Positions 22,566 through 31,334 are shown, counted from the stretch's first letter. The stretch is DNA of 59,844 bases from Candidatus Nomurabacteria bacterium RIFCSPLOWO2_01_FULL_39_18 (GCA_001787005.1 MFUV01000009.1:1929-61772); one strand, 5' to 3'. Numbers and translations: made by a program. The notes: generated by a model from the sequence alone, not told the origin.

Positions 22566-23490
22566 TGATACACACGATATAGATGAACAAATTAGGAAAC
22601 TAGAGGAAGGTATGGCACTTCCGGATTTTTGGAATGATAAGGTTAAGGCGCGGGCGGTACTCCGAGAACTGGCGGAGCTGAAGAATAAAAAGGAAGGCTT
22701 AGGAAAATATGATAAAGGCAATGCCATACTTACAATAATTTCTGGCGCGGGCGGAGACGATGCCGAAGATTTCTCCGCTATGCTTTTGTCGATGTATCTG
22801 AAATATGCTGACAGAAAAGGATGGGGCATTTCTTTTATTCATGAACACAAGAATGATCACGGGGGTTATAGGAATACCACAATAGAAATTTCTGACCCCA
22901 CCCTTCGCCCTCCCCTTGCCAAGGGGAGGGTTGGGGAGAGGTCGGGTCCCTACGGGACCTTGAAAAACGAATCCGGCGTGCACCGCCTGGTGCGCATTTC
23001 TCCCTTTAATGCCAAGAAGCTACGCCACACGTCCTTTTCTCTAGTTGAAGTTTTGCCGAAATTTTCAAAATTAGAAGAACGCGATGTGGCTATACCTGAA
23101 GCGGATTTAAAAATAGAATTTGCTCGCTCGTCAGGCCCGGGAGGTCAAAATGTGAATAAAAGAGAAACAGCTGTCAGGATTGTGCACGTGCCGACCGGCA
23201 TTTCTGCGCAAGCTTCCGGCGAACGCTCCCAAGAACAGAATCGTGAGTCTGCTCTGTCCATCTTGCGGGCGAAGATCTTCAAAAAAGCGCAGGATGAGAA
23301 AAAGAGCATTGAGGAAAGCTTGAAAATAAATAAAGGCACAGAAATAGAATGGGGGAGTCAGATACGTTCATACGTACTTCATCCTTATAAAATGGTCAAA
23401 GATCATAGAACTGGAGCGGAGACTTCGAACATTGATGCGGTTTTGGATGGTGATATAGACTTATTTGTGGATGCAGAAAAAGACTTGTAA
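22534..23490 (+). CDS. prfB: Peptide chain release factor 2 (short form, no recognisable +1 frameshift site)
   Basis: Has SPF (HRLVRISPFN), GGQ (SSGPGGQNVNK) and WGSQIRSYVLHPY. At 318 aa it has a much reduced domain 1. Alternative starts are at 22546 and 22558. Confidence 0.85.
   Translation: MVWEMTKIMPDDTHDIDEQIRKLEEGMALPDFWNDKVKARAVLRELAELKNKKEGLGKYDKGNAILTIISGAGGDDAEDFSAMLLSMYLKYADRKGWGISFIHEHKNDHGGYRNTTIEISDPTLRPPLAKGRVGERSGPYGTLKNESGVHRLVRISPFNAKKLRHTSFSLVEVLPKFSKLEERDVAIPEADLKIEFARSSGPGGQNVNKRETAVRIVHVPTGISAQASGERSQEQNRESALSILRAKIFKKAQDEKKSIEESLKINKGTEIEWGSQIRSYVLHPYKMVKDHRTGAETSNIDAVLDGDIDLFVDAEKDL
22894..22944. repeat. Family-1 palindrome, copy E, a 51-nt in-frame insertion in prfB
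   Basis: GACCCCACCC-TTCG-CCCTCCCC-TTGCCAA-GGGGAGGG-TT-GGGGAGAGGTCG encodes DPTLRPPLAKGRVGERS, between TIEIS and GPYGTLKNESGVHRLV. Confidence 0.85.
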
Positions 23491-23505
23491 TGTTGTTGTG
23501 TCCTG

Positions 23506-23514
23506 TGATATAAT
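23506..23514 (+). promoter_or_regulatory. Extended -10 (TGaTATAAT), 6 nt before the ATG at 23521
   Basis: Motif and spacing were read directly. Confidence 0.5.
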
Positions 23515-23520
23515 GCATAC

Positions 23521-23754
23521 ATGACCACAGTAACTTTGAAAAAAATTGAATACATGAAATTAAAAAGGGAGGCGAATGCTTATCGTAATATTAAGATGCA
23601 CCTTTTTGAATCTTTGGTTCAGGATCCAGTAGACGGGGTCATACAAGATTTTGCTCAAACAAAACTTTACTCCAAAGCTTTTTTGCAAGATCTAGAAAGA
23701 GGTCTTCGTCGATCCTCGTTTGGATTATTGGCAAAGGTCAAGAGCCTCAAATAA
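23521..23754 (+). CDS. Small hypothetical protein, possibly an orphan antitoxin
   Basis: 77-aa ORF followed by a truncated RelE/ParE-like reading frame. Confidence 0.35.
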   Translation: MTTVTLKKIEYMKLKREANAYRNIKMHLFESLVQDPVDGVIQDFAQTKLYSKAFLQDLERGLRRSSFGLLAKVKSLK

Positions 23755-23861
23755 GCAAAAGTGCCGCTAAGGTAAGACTCGATCAATTACCAACAGACAT
23801 TCGTCAAGATATTGCTAATCATCAGGAGGTACAAAATGTTTTTCCCGGGTTAGGAAAATAA
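23751..23861 (+). pseudogene. Truncated RelE/ParE-like toxin relic
   Basis: ISKSAAKVRLDQLPTDIRQDIANHQEVQNVFPGLGK* resembles the N-terminal a.kdlkkLPk.iq.ri...i..l...P.pg pattern. It has no start codon and stops after ~36 codons. Confidence 0.3.
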
Positions 23862-23871
23862 ATTATTTTCA

Positions 23872-23880
23872 TGATATAAT
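23872..23880 (+). promoter_or_regulatory. Extended -10 (TGaTATAAT), 6 nt before the ftsE GTG
   Basis: Motif and spacing were read directly. Confidence 0.45.
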
Positions 23881-23886
23881 CAGAAA

Positions 23887-24561
23887 GTGATTTACTTTAA
23901 TAATGTTTCGAAAAATTATAAAGATTCTAGGGCGCTCGATGATGTAACTTTCACCGTTACGGCAGGGGAATTCGTTTCCATTGTCGGACATTCAGGGGCG
24001 GGCAAGACCACCTTGACTAAAATGATTTTGGCTGACGAGAATCCAACAGAAGGCACAGTATTTTTCGAATCCATTAATGTGCATAAATTAAGAAATAGCG
24101 ATTTAACCAAGCTTCGTCGGCGCATCGGAGTGGTATTTCAAGACTTTAAATTATTGTCGAATAAAACCGCCTATGAAAACATCGCTTTTGCCATGGAGGC
24201 GGCGGGCAAAACAGACGAGGAAATAGCCAATGATGTACCGCATGTCTTAGAGCTGGTTGATTTAGGAAACAAAATCTTGCACTTTCCCAACCAGCTCTCC
24301 GGCGGCGAGCAGCAGCGTTTGGCGATAGCCCGAGCTATTATTAACCAGCCGGAGCTCATAATTGCCGATGAGCCGACAGGAAATCTAGATCCCATCAATA
24401 CGCATGAAGTAGTCCAAATTTTAAAAAAGATAAATGATCTCGGAACGACCATTATTTTAACCACGCACAATAGAGGGGTGATCGACTCAGTCGGGAAAAG
24501 GGTTATCACCATGGAAAATGGTAAAATTGTCAGAGACAGCAAAGAGGGGAATAGGTTATGA
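23887..24561 (+). CDS. ftsE: Cell division ATP-binding protein FtsE
   Basis: Has Walker [24 protein letters not shown] and Walker [12 protein letters not shown]. ftsX follows. Confidence 0.85.
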   Translation: MIYFNNVSKNYKDSRALDDVTFTVTAGEFVSIVGHSGAGKTTLTKMILADENPTEGTVFFESINVHKLRNSDLTKLRRRIGVVFQDFKLLSNKTAYENIAFAMEAAGKTDEEIANDVPHVLELVDLGNKILHFPNQLSGGEQQRLAIARAIINQPELIIADEPTGNLDPINTHEVVQILKKINDLGTTIILTTHNRGVIDSVGKRVITMENGKIVRDSKEGNRL

Positions 24562-24575
24562 TACAATAATTAATT

Positions 24576-25496
24576 ATGATAACAGAATTAAAAAGAGTAA
24601 TAAAAGCGGGGGTCATTAACTTTACTCGGAATGGGATCATTTCTTGGGCGGCTGTTCTGGTGGTTACCATCACTCTTTCTGTCATTACCACGATCATTCT
24701 TCTGCAAGCAGTATTGTATTTTTCACTTAATCTGATTAAAGATAAAGTGGATGTGACGATTTACTTTAATGTCGGAGCTCCGCCCGAGAGAATAATGTTA
24801 TTAAAAGATTCTCTTTTGAAACTGCCCGAAGTGGCCGAAATTTCCTATACCAGCGCTGAGGAAGCGCTGGAACTTTTCCGCTCTCGCCACCAGAATGACT
24901 ACCCGACAATCCAAGCGTTGGATGAGATAGGGGAGAATCCGCTAGGAGCATATTTGAACGTCAAGGCTAAAGAAATTTCTCAATATGAAAGTATTGCCAA
25001 TTTTTTAAAGAGCGACAACGTCCTGGTTTCAGGCTCTACCAACATAATCGACAAAGTAAATTATCACCAAAATAAATTAGTCATAGACAGATTGAGCGCG
25101 ATAATTTCTGGCGCGCAGAAACTTGGTTTTCTCATTACTCTCCTTTTGATAATTATTTCCATCATCATTACTTTCAATACCATTCGATTGACCATCTTCA
25201 TTTCCAAAGAGGAAATAGGGGTGATGCAGTTGGTCGGAGCCTCCAAAATGCGCGTGCGCGGACCCTTTATGATCGAGGGAGCTATTTATGGTATTATTGC
25301 CACAATATTGACGCTGATCATCTTCTGGCCAGCTACGGCTTGGGTGGGGCGCAATATGACCGGTTTTCTTGGAATTAACATGTACGATTACTACATTTCC
25401 AACTTCTTTCAAATTTTTGTGATTATTTTATTATCAGGTATACTGTTGGGGATGATTTCGAGTTTCCTGGCGATTAGAAGATATTTGAATAAATAA
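24576..25496 (+). CDS. ftsX: Cell division permease-like protein FtsX
   Basis: Has one N-terminal TM helix, a periplasmic domain and three C-terminal TM helices. It is adjacent to ftsE. Confidence 0.8.
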   Translation: MITELKRVIKAGVINFTRNGIISWAAVLVVTITLSVITTIILLQAVLYFSLNLIKDKVDVTIYFNVGAPPERIMLLKDSLLKLPEVAEISYTSAEEALELFRSRHQNDYPTIQALDEIGENPLGAYLNVKAKEISQYESIANFLKSDNVLVSGSTNIIDKVNYHQNKLVIDRLSAIISGAQKLGFLITLLLIIISIIITFNTIRLTIFISKEEIGVMQLVGASKMRVRGPFMIEGAIYGIIATILTLIIFWPATAWVGRNMTGFLGINMYDYYISNFFQIFVIILLSGILLGMISSFLAIRRYLNK

Positions 25497-25502
25497 ATAG
25501 AA

Positions 25503-27137
25503 ATGTCGAAAAAAGAAACAAAGTATATTTTTGTAGTGGGAGGGGTGATGTCAAGTGTTGGAAAAGGCATAGCTGCCTCCTCAATTGGTAAAATTTTGCA
25601 GTCTCGTGGATATCGCATTGCTAATCTAAAAGCGGATATGTATGTCAATATCGATGCTGGTACTATCCGTCCCGCCGAACATGGCGAAGTTTTTGTCGGC
25701 GAGGACGGGATCGAAGCAGACCAAGATCTCGGCAATTATGAACGTTTTACCAATCAAGTCAGCACTCGAGAAAATTATATTACCACTGGTCAAGTATATG
25801 CAGAAGTCATCAGACGTGAACGCAATTTAGAGTATGGAGGAGAAGATGTAGAGGTTTACCCAGACATACCTAAAGAAATAATCAGACGCATAAAAGCTTG
25901 CCAAGAAAAGAATAAATCAGAAATTGTGGTCATAGAATATGGCGGTACAGTTGGGGAGTATCAACTTTTGCCGTTCTTGGAAGCGGCAAGAATGATGAAA
26001 TCCAAAAATCCAAACGATGTTTTTATAGTTTTGATAAGTTATTTACCAACGCCAGTTCTGCTCGGAGAGCAAAAATCAAAACCAACTCAACATGCCATCA
26101 CAGATCTTCACTCAGTCGGTCTTAACCCCGACTTTGTCATTTGTCGTTCTGATCTTCCAGCTACGTCTGATATCAAGCAAACTATTAGTAATGTATGCAG
26201 TCTGCCCATTGAAAGAATAATTTCCGCACCCGATGTTTACTCTATTTATGATGTACCGGTTAATTTTGAAAAAGAGAATTTTGGCACAACCTTACTAAAG
26301 ACCTTAAGCTTGCCACCCCGGAGTAAGGATTTGGCTGACTGGACAGCCCTTGCTTCTAAAATCAAAAAGATAAAAAAGGAAGTTCGCATAGGTATTGTGG
26401 GTAAGTATTTTAACTTCAAATCATGCAAGGATACTTATATTTCTGTTATCGAATCCGTCAATCATGCGGCTTGGGCGATGAACCTGAAACCAAAAATTAT
26501 TTGGCTTGATTCTGAAAAATACGAAAAAAATCCTAAATTGTTGAGTGAACTCGATAAGCTAGACGGTATCATTGTGCCGGGAGGATTTGGCAAACGTGGC
26601 ACGGAGGGGATTATTCTAGCCACAGATTATGCACGCAGAAAGAAGATTCCATACCTCGGCTTGTGTTTCGGTATGCAACTTCTAACCATAGCTTACGCTC
26701 GACATGTTTTAGGTTTTCGTGATGCCAATTCCACAGAAATGGATCCTCATACCAAATATCCAGTCATCGCCACCATGGCTGACCAGGTTGATAAGATAAA
26801 AAACAAAAATTATGGGGCAAGTATGCGCCTCGGTGCTTATGATTGCGTACTCACCAAGGACACTGTTGCCTTCGGAGCCTACAAGGCTTCTAAAATTTCT
26901 GAACGGCACCGTCATCGATACGAAGTTAATATAAAATACATTGCCGAATTAGAAAAAGCTGGTTTGGTATTCTCCGGCAGATCCCCCAATGGAGTTTTGA
27001 TGGAGATAGCAGAGCTACCGAAGAAGAAACACCCGTTTTATCTTGGAACACAATTCCATCCTGAATTTAAGTCTAGACCGTTGAAACCGCATCCGCTTTT
27101 CTCAGCTTTCATCAAAGCTTGTGAGAGGAAGAAATAA
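25503..27137 (+). CDS. pyrG: CTP synthase
   Basis: Has KYIFVVGGVMSSVGKGI, YLGLCFGMQ and HRHRYEVN. Confidence 0.92.
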   Translation: MSKKETKYIFVVGGVMSSVGKGIAASSIGKILQSRGYRIANLKADMYVNIDAGTIRPAEHGEVFVGEDGIEADQDLGNYERFTNQVSTRENYITTGQVYAEVIRRERNLEYGGEDVEVYPDIPKEIIRRIKACQEKNKSEIVVIEYGGTVGEYQLLPFLEAARMMKSKNPNDVFIVLISYLPTPVLLGEQKSKPTQHAITDLHSVGLNPDFVICRSDLPATSDIKQTISNVCSLPIERIISAPDVYSIYDVPVNFEKENFGTTLLKTLSLPPRSKDLADWTALASKIKKIKKEVRIGIVGKYFNFKSCKDTYISVIESVNHAAWAMNLKPKIIWLDSEKYEKNPKLLSELDKLDGIIVPGGFGKRGTEGIILATDYARRKKIPYLGLCFGMQLLTIAYARHVLGFRDANSTEMDPHTKYPVIATMADQVDKIKNKNYGASMRLGAYDCVLTKDTVAFGAYKASKISERHRHRYEVNIKYIAELEKAGLVFSGRSPNGVLMEIAELPKKKHPFYLGTQFHPEFKSRPLKPHPLFSAFIKACERKK

Positions 27138-27161
27138 AAACAATATCAATACTATTTAGGA

Positions 27162-27677
27162 CTATTTAGGTGTGATTTCTTGAAAATTAACGTTGGTTGG
27201 GATAGCGAATTTTGACTGGTCTACGCTCCAAGCTACGCAATTGTAGTCTCCAATTTGCGAAGCATATCCATATGTCCCGGAATAACTTGTATCTTCTCCG
27301 GTACTGCTATTCACCTCATTTTTTATCTTAAAACCCGTGGGCAGTGTGGAAGTCCAGCTGTATGTGTAGCCATCTCTGATTATCATGATGGAGGTCATAT
27401 CTACTCCCTCCACCTTAGTATTATATTCTCCACGGATCATTCCATTGTTTACGTATGTTGTGCCCTTTGTTTCAAAATCGTCTACAGTCTGATTGACTTC
27501 GCATTTATAAGGTCCTCCCTGCTTCAAGAATTCTCCGAAAGCCATTTTTTTATTTGTTTCTTCTTTTGCTGTCGCATCAGTATTTTGATTTTCTTCAGAC
27601 TTTGGTTTGCTAAAAATGAAATATCCGGCTACAACTACTACTATAACTACCAGAATCGCTATTGATGTTTTTGACAT
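27162..27677 (-). CDS. Membrane-anchored hypothetical protein
   Basis: 171-aa ORF with an N-terminal TM helix. Confidence 0.5.
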   Translation of the reverse strand: MSKTSIAILVVIVVVVAGYFIFSKPKSEENQNTDATAKEETNKKMAFGEFLKQGGPYKCEVNQTVDDFETKGTTYVNNGMIRGEYNTKVEGVDMTSIMIIRDGYTYSWTSTLPTGFKIKNEVNSSTGEDTSYSGTYGYASQIGDYNCVAWSVDQSKFAIPTNVNFQEITPK

Positions 27678-27858
27678 AAAATTTGTTTATTAAATTAATA
27701 ATTTGAATTATTTGATAGGTCAGCAGTATCCTCTATTGCCCCTTACAACAATCCGATAATAAAAAGTATTATCATACTATGATGATACTCCTTTATATAT
27801 TCAAATCAAGGGCCTCAAAAAAATCCGTTTATAAGGAAATTCATCTTCTAGTCCGAAT

Positions 27859-29601
27859 TTATCCAAATGTGAAAGTAAAGACTTGTAATCTTGCTTTTGG
27901 TATCACTATATGTAATTCATGTTTTCCATAATCACTTCCTTCTATCATAGAATAAAGCATCTCGTTTTTAATAGTTATTTTCTTTACAAACACATCGTCT
28001 TTGTAAATTTCTATCTCTACTCCCTCAGATGATCCAGCCGCCATATAGACATTCTTCGCCTCGTAGTTAAAAACAATACTTGCCGTGTTTTTATTTTCCG
28101 CATATTCATAGTTGAAGACCCAGATTCCTTCTAGATAAAGTTTGTTTGGGAGAATACTCTTCGGCAGAGTGAAAACTTGTTCTCCTGTGGCACTAGCTAC
28201 GCCATTTCCCAAAAACTCATTTCGACCCCAACCGAAATAAATTTCTAGACTTCTAACTTTACTCGAATCAACAGACACGACATTTTCTGGACTAGATATA
28301 TTTGAAGACACCTCCATATCCATGTTTAGCCTATCTGCGCGTTCCATAAGAGCTTTTTGTATTGCCACTTCTGTTTCTTTATACTGACCTTCGCCAGCGT
28401 GATCGTAGACAATGTACCCGTCTACATCTATCAGATACTTCCTAGGCCAATATCTGTTCTTATATGCATTCCACGTGGAAAAATCATTATCAAGTACTAC
28501 TGGATATTTTATCCCAAAGTCTTTTGCCGCCTTCTCTACGTTCTTTTGAACTTTCTCAAAAGAGAATTCTGGAGTATGCAGACCGATAATTACAAGCCCT
28601 TCGCCTTCATATTTTTTATGCCACTCTTTTAGATACGGAATAGTGCGCTGGCAATTGATACAGCTATATGTCCAAATGTCTAATAACACAACTTTTTTAC
28701 CTTTAAATTCACTTATGGTGATAGGTAAATTGTTGGTGTTTATAAAACCATCGGGAGTACTAATGTCAGGTGCCAGTGTAAATTTTTTTTTCTTCTCTTC
28801 AAGACTTATAAAGTTGTTTTCTTTTATGCTAGGTTTTTCTGCAACTTCAGTATTCTCATTAGCATCTTTTTCCTCATTTTTATCCAACAATTTTTGTTCA
28901 ATTTTTGTAACATCTAAAAATCCGGCATCGAGTAAACTGATTTGAAGTTTCTTATCATATCCGGAAATAATAGCTATTGCTACCAGAATAAAAACAATAC
29001 CGAATATTTTTTTAAACCATCCTCTCGGGTCTGAGACACGGCCTATTTTTATCATGATGCGTTCGCCTATAAGGGCGATAACTATAAGGGCGAGCGACAA
29101 ACCCAAAACATAACTAAAAAGGTAGACAATTCCTAAGAAAAAGGATACCGGCAGGACCGTGGCTAGAATAACAAAATAGGTTGGACTACAGGCAGAAAAA
29201 ATGGGTCCGAGAGATGCCCCAATTATCACATCCCCCCAAATACTATTTTTTTGATACCCTGTTGCTAAAACTTTATTTGATTTAAGATTTAAAGTATTTG
29301 CGAGAGAAAAACCTTCCCATATATTAGGAAAAAGCATAGTCAAACCAAAAAAGAAAATTATGCCACCCGAAATCCATTTCCAGAAATCTTCTGGAATATC
29401 AATCAATAACGTGCTTGCCTTGAGAAGAAGTGTGAAAAGTACAATGGAAATTCCAAGTGAAAGAACGACCACAAAAAGTCTTCTTCTGCTCGGAGTAGCG
29501 TCTGTTATGGAATGTCCGACGATCACCGGCAGAAGCGGTAAAATACACGGCGCCAGTATCGTCAAAATTCCAGCTACAAATGAGGTAACCAGTAGCAACA
29601 T
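27859..29601 (-). CDS. DipZ-like fusion: CcdA/DsbD-type membrane domain, thioredoxin-like domain and C-terminal beta domain
   Basis: Has an N-terminal TILAPCILPLLP... polytopic domain, and a redoxin domain with WTYSCINCQRTIP (CxxC). Confidence 0.75.
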   Translation of the reverse strand: MLLLVTSFVAGILTILAPCILPLLPVIVGHSITDATPSRRRLFVVVLSLGISIVLFTLLLKASTLLIDIPEDFWKWISGGIIFFFGLTMLFPNIWEGFSLANTLNLKSNKVLATGYQKNSIWGDVIIGASLGPIFSACSPTYFVILATVLPVSFFLGIVYLFSYVLGLSLALIVIALIGERIMIKIGRVSDPRGWFKKIFGIVFILVAIAIISGYDKKLQISLLDAGFLDVTKIEQKLLDKNEEKDANENTEVAEKPSIKENNFISLEEKKKKFTLAPDISTPDGFINTNNLPITISEFKGKKVVLLDIWTYSCINCQRTIPYLKEWHKKYEGEGLVIIGLHTPEFSFEKVQKNVEKAAKDFGIKYPVVLDNDFSTWNAYKNRYWPRKYLIDVDGYIVYDHAGEGQYKETEVAIQKALMERADRLNMDMEVSSNISSPENVVSVDSSKVRSLEIYFGWGRNEFLGNGVASATGEQVFTLPKSILPNKLYLEGIWVFNYEYAENKNTASIVFNYEAKNVYMAAGSSEGVEIEIYKDDVFVKKITIKNEMLYSMIEGSDYGKHELHIVIPKARLQVFTFTFG

Positions 29602-29602
29602 G

Positions 29603-30088
29603 TTATTTTACTTCAGCTACAAGAGCAGAAAGGGTGGGACTACCGCTCCATTTTTTGATTAGATTTCCATCTTTATCAACTTGCACAAATGTATGCTGAT
29701 AGGTAACTCCGTATTTTTGTTTAAGTGAAGATGAATCATCGTAATTTACATCAAGAATCGCAAGATCTGAAGGAATTTTTGATAAATTGGCTTTAATGTC
29801 TGTATCTACCGCCCTACAGGTAGGACACCAACTTGCTCTAAAAAACAAAACTACATTCTGAGTAGAGGAAGCAAGAGCTACTTTTTCCGGTGCGTAAGCC
29901 TCATATGATCCAGACGCCATCATCACATCACTTTTTTCCGTCATAGCACTTTCATCTTTTTTCATCACATCAGGCTCTGTAGAATCTTTCACCATCGTTA
30001 CAACATCTTCTTTTTTTGTTGATGAATAAATGATACCTGCAATTATAATCACCACAACACCCAAAATTATTCCTATATTTTTATTCAT
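29603..30088 (-). CDS. Membrane-anchored thioredoxin-family protein
   Basis: Has an N-terminal TM helix and FFRASWCPTCRAV (CxxC). Confidence 0.75.
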   Translation of the reverse strand: MNKNIGIILGVVVIIIAGIIYSSTKKEDVVTMVKDSTEPDVMKKDESAMTEKSDVMMASGSYEAYAPEKVALASSTQNVVLFFRASWCPTCRAVDTDIKANLSKIPSDLAILDVNYDDSSSLKQKYGVTYQHTFVQVDKDGNLIKKWSGSPTLSALVAEVK

Positions 30089-30140
30089 ATAAATTTTATT
30101 AAACTAGTAATATAAAGAATTATAAGAAATAAATAGACCA

Positions 30141-30160
30141 ATGTAAAGCCAACTTTACAT
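30141..30160. promoter_or_regulatory. Palindromic operator candidate ATGTAAAG-N4-CTTTACAT upstream of the trx-dipZ operon
   Basis: Perfect 8-bp arms. On the minus strand it lies 16 nt upstream of a TATAAT box. Confidence 0.45.
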
Positions 30161-30180
30161 TAAATATGTGGATAAGTGTC

Positions 30181-30543
30181 TTAGAGGTTTTTGTCACTCC
30201 AAATACGAGTAGTAATTTTTACTATTATCATAGCTATTAGAGCAATGACCAGCCAAGGATCTACGGAATGAGAATAACCTTCAATGACGATACTTAGCAT
30301 TAGTATCGTTGCGCCGGCAAGGAATGCGTTTCGTCCAGCAAGAGTTCGGTGGATGATATCTCGTTCATCAAATACCTTTTCTCTTAAAATAAAACTCGCG
30401 AATATTCCAAAGATAACTAACGCAAAAGCAAGCATAGCCATAACCATCATGTCTGGCATCCAAAAGTGAAATGGGTTTAAAAGCAAAATAGCGATAGCAA
30501 TAAGGCAAACAGTTACTATTGTTTCTTTTATATTATTTTTCAT
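30181..30543 (-). CDS. Small four-TM membrane protein (partner of the XRE regulator)
   Basis: The start was set at MKNNIKETIV. It overlaps the XRE gene stop by 11 nt. Confidence 0.55.
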   Translation of the reverse strand: MKNNIKETIVTVCLIAIAILLLNPFHFWMPDMMVMAMLAFALVIFGIFASFILREKVFDERDIIHRTLAGRNAFLAGATILMLSIVIEGYSHSVDPWLVIALIAMIIVKITTRIWSDKNL

Positions 30544-30745
30544 ATGATATTTTAAATACTTTTTCAACCGGCACTTTAAAAAAGCCAGCAATTTTAATTG
30601 CTAATAAAACTGACGGAGTATAGTGTCCTTTTTCTAGGGCTATAATAGTTTGACGACTAACACTAACATTACAAGCGAGATCTTCTTGGGTTACTCCAGC
30701 ACGCAATCGTAATGTTTCAACTTCATTTTTTATATATTCTTGCAT
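30533..30745 (-). CDS. XRE-family HTH transcriptional regulator
   Basis: LRLRAGVTQEDLACNVSVSRQTIIALEKG. The start was set at MQEYIKNE, 7 nt after a TATAAT box. The ORF-track start is 30763. Confidence 0.75.
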   Translation of the reverse strand: MQEYIKNEVETLRLRAGVTQEDLACNVSVSRQTIIALEKGHYTPSVLLAIKIAGFFKVPVEKVFKISYEK

Positions 30746-30773
30746 TAATTTCATTATACACACGAAATATCTT

Positions 30774-30793
30774 ATGTAAAGTTGTCTTTACTT
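30774..30793. promoter_or_regulatory. Second copy of the operator candidate (ATGTAAAG-N4-CTTTACTT) upstream of the XRE gene
   Basis: Matches 7 of 8 positions of the palindrome. On the minus strand it lies 15 nt upstream of the XRE -10 box. Confidence 0.45.
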
Positions 30794-30860
30794 TAAGTAA
30801 TGTGGTCATCCACGATACAGTACTGGGTGTGGCTGGATGTATGGGGCGATGTTGGAACTT

Positions 30861-31118
30861 TTACCCTGTAGCAAGCATGATCCATATAAAGGCAAAGATG
30901 GCGACCACGATTATGCCTGCAGCAATCTTGCCTCCACGATGGGCAATTTTATTGGTCACGAATGTATACGTGAAACCAAGAATATTGAAAAATACCCAAG
31001 CAAAAATAAATTCTCCTGGACCCCAATTCCACCTATCCACAAATAACTGTCCAAGAATCGGAATAATGAGAGCAGCCGTTGAGCAGGTAACAATTCTAAT
31101 GATTTGTTTCTTTTGCAT
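30861..31118 (-). CDS. Small membrane protein
   Basis: The start was set at MQKKQIIRIV. The longer ORF-track version only translates tRNA-like and palindrome sequence. Confidence 0.45.
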   Translation of the reverse strand: MQKKQIIRIVTCSTAALIIPILGQLFVDRWNWGPGEFIFAWVFFNILGFTYTFVTNKIAHRGGKIAAGIIVVAIFAFIWIMLATG

Positions 31119-31151
31119 ATTTATAATATCACGAGCTGCGGGACTTGGAGT

Positions 31152-31170
31152 CCATGCCTGCGCATACAGG
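31152..31170. repeat. Family-2 palindrome, degenerate copy
   Basis: CCATGCCTGCGCATACAGG. Confidence 0.5.
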
Positions 31171-31215
31171 GAACCAAGATTCATTGCTCCAGAGGCAATT
31201 TGCCTACCGTTAGAC

Positions 31216-31231
31216 CTGCCTGCGCAGGCAG
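31216..31231. repeat. Family-2 palindrome copy
   Basis: CTGCCTGCGCAGGCAG, a perfect 16-bp palindrome. Confidence 0.75.
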
Positions 31232-31263
31232 ACGATCTCCCAATATCTGATTCCTGCACAGAG

Positions 31264-31334
31264 CTGGGAGACTTGGATTCGAACCAAGATGACACCCTCC
31301 AGAGGGGTGAATCCTACCATTAGATGATCTCCCA
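31264..31334 (-). tRNA. tRNA-Gln(CUG)
   Basis: TGGGAGA-TC-ATCT-AATGGTA-GGAT-T-CACCC-CTCTGGA-GGGTG-TCAT-CTTGG-TTCGAAT-CCAAG-TCTCCCA-G. U1:A72 and G73 are typical of bacterial tRNA-Gln. Confidence 0.85.

Larger units (their letters stand above)
31136..31242 (-). pseudogene. Degenerate tRNA-Gln(CUG)-like gene carrying two family-2 palindromes (after nt 10 and in the T-loop)
   Basis: TGGGAGA-TC-G[palindrome]TCT-AACGGTA-GGC..ATTGC-CTCTGGA-GCAAT-GAAT-CTTGG-TTC[degenerate palindrome]ACT-CCAAG-TCCCGCA-G. The acceptor stem pairs at only 5 of 7 positions. Confidence 0.45.

Noticed and set aside
30712-31323. 203-aa plus-strand ORF, and the 144-aa version of the minus-strand ORF 30861..31295
   Set aside because: Both run through tRNA-Gln, the tRNA-like pseudogene and palindromes. 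Only the C-terminal 85 codons of the minus-strand ORF look like a real membrane protein.
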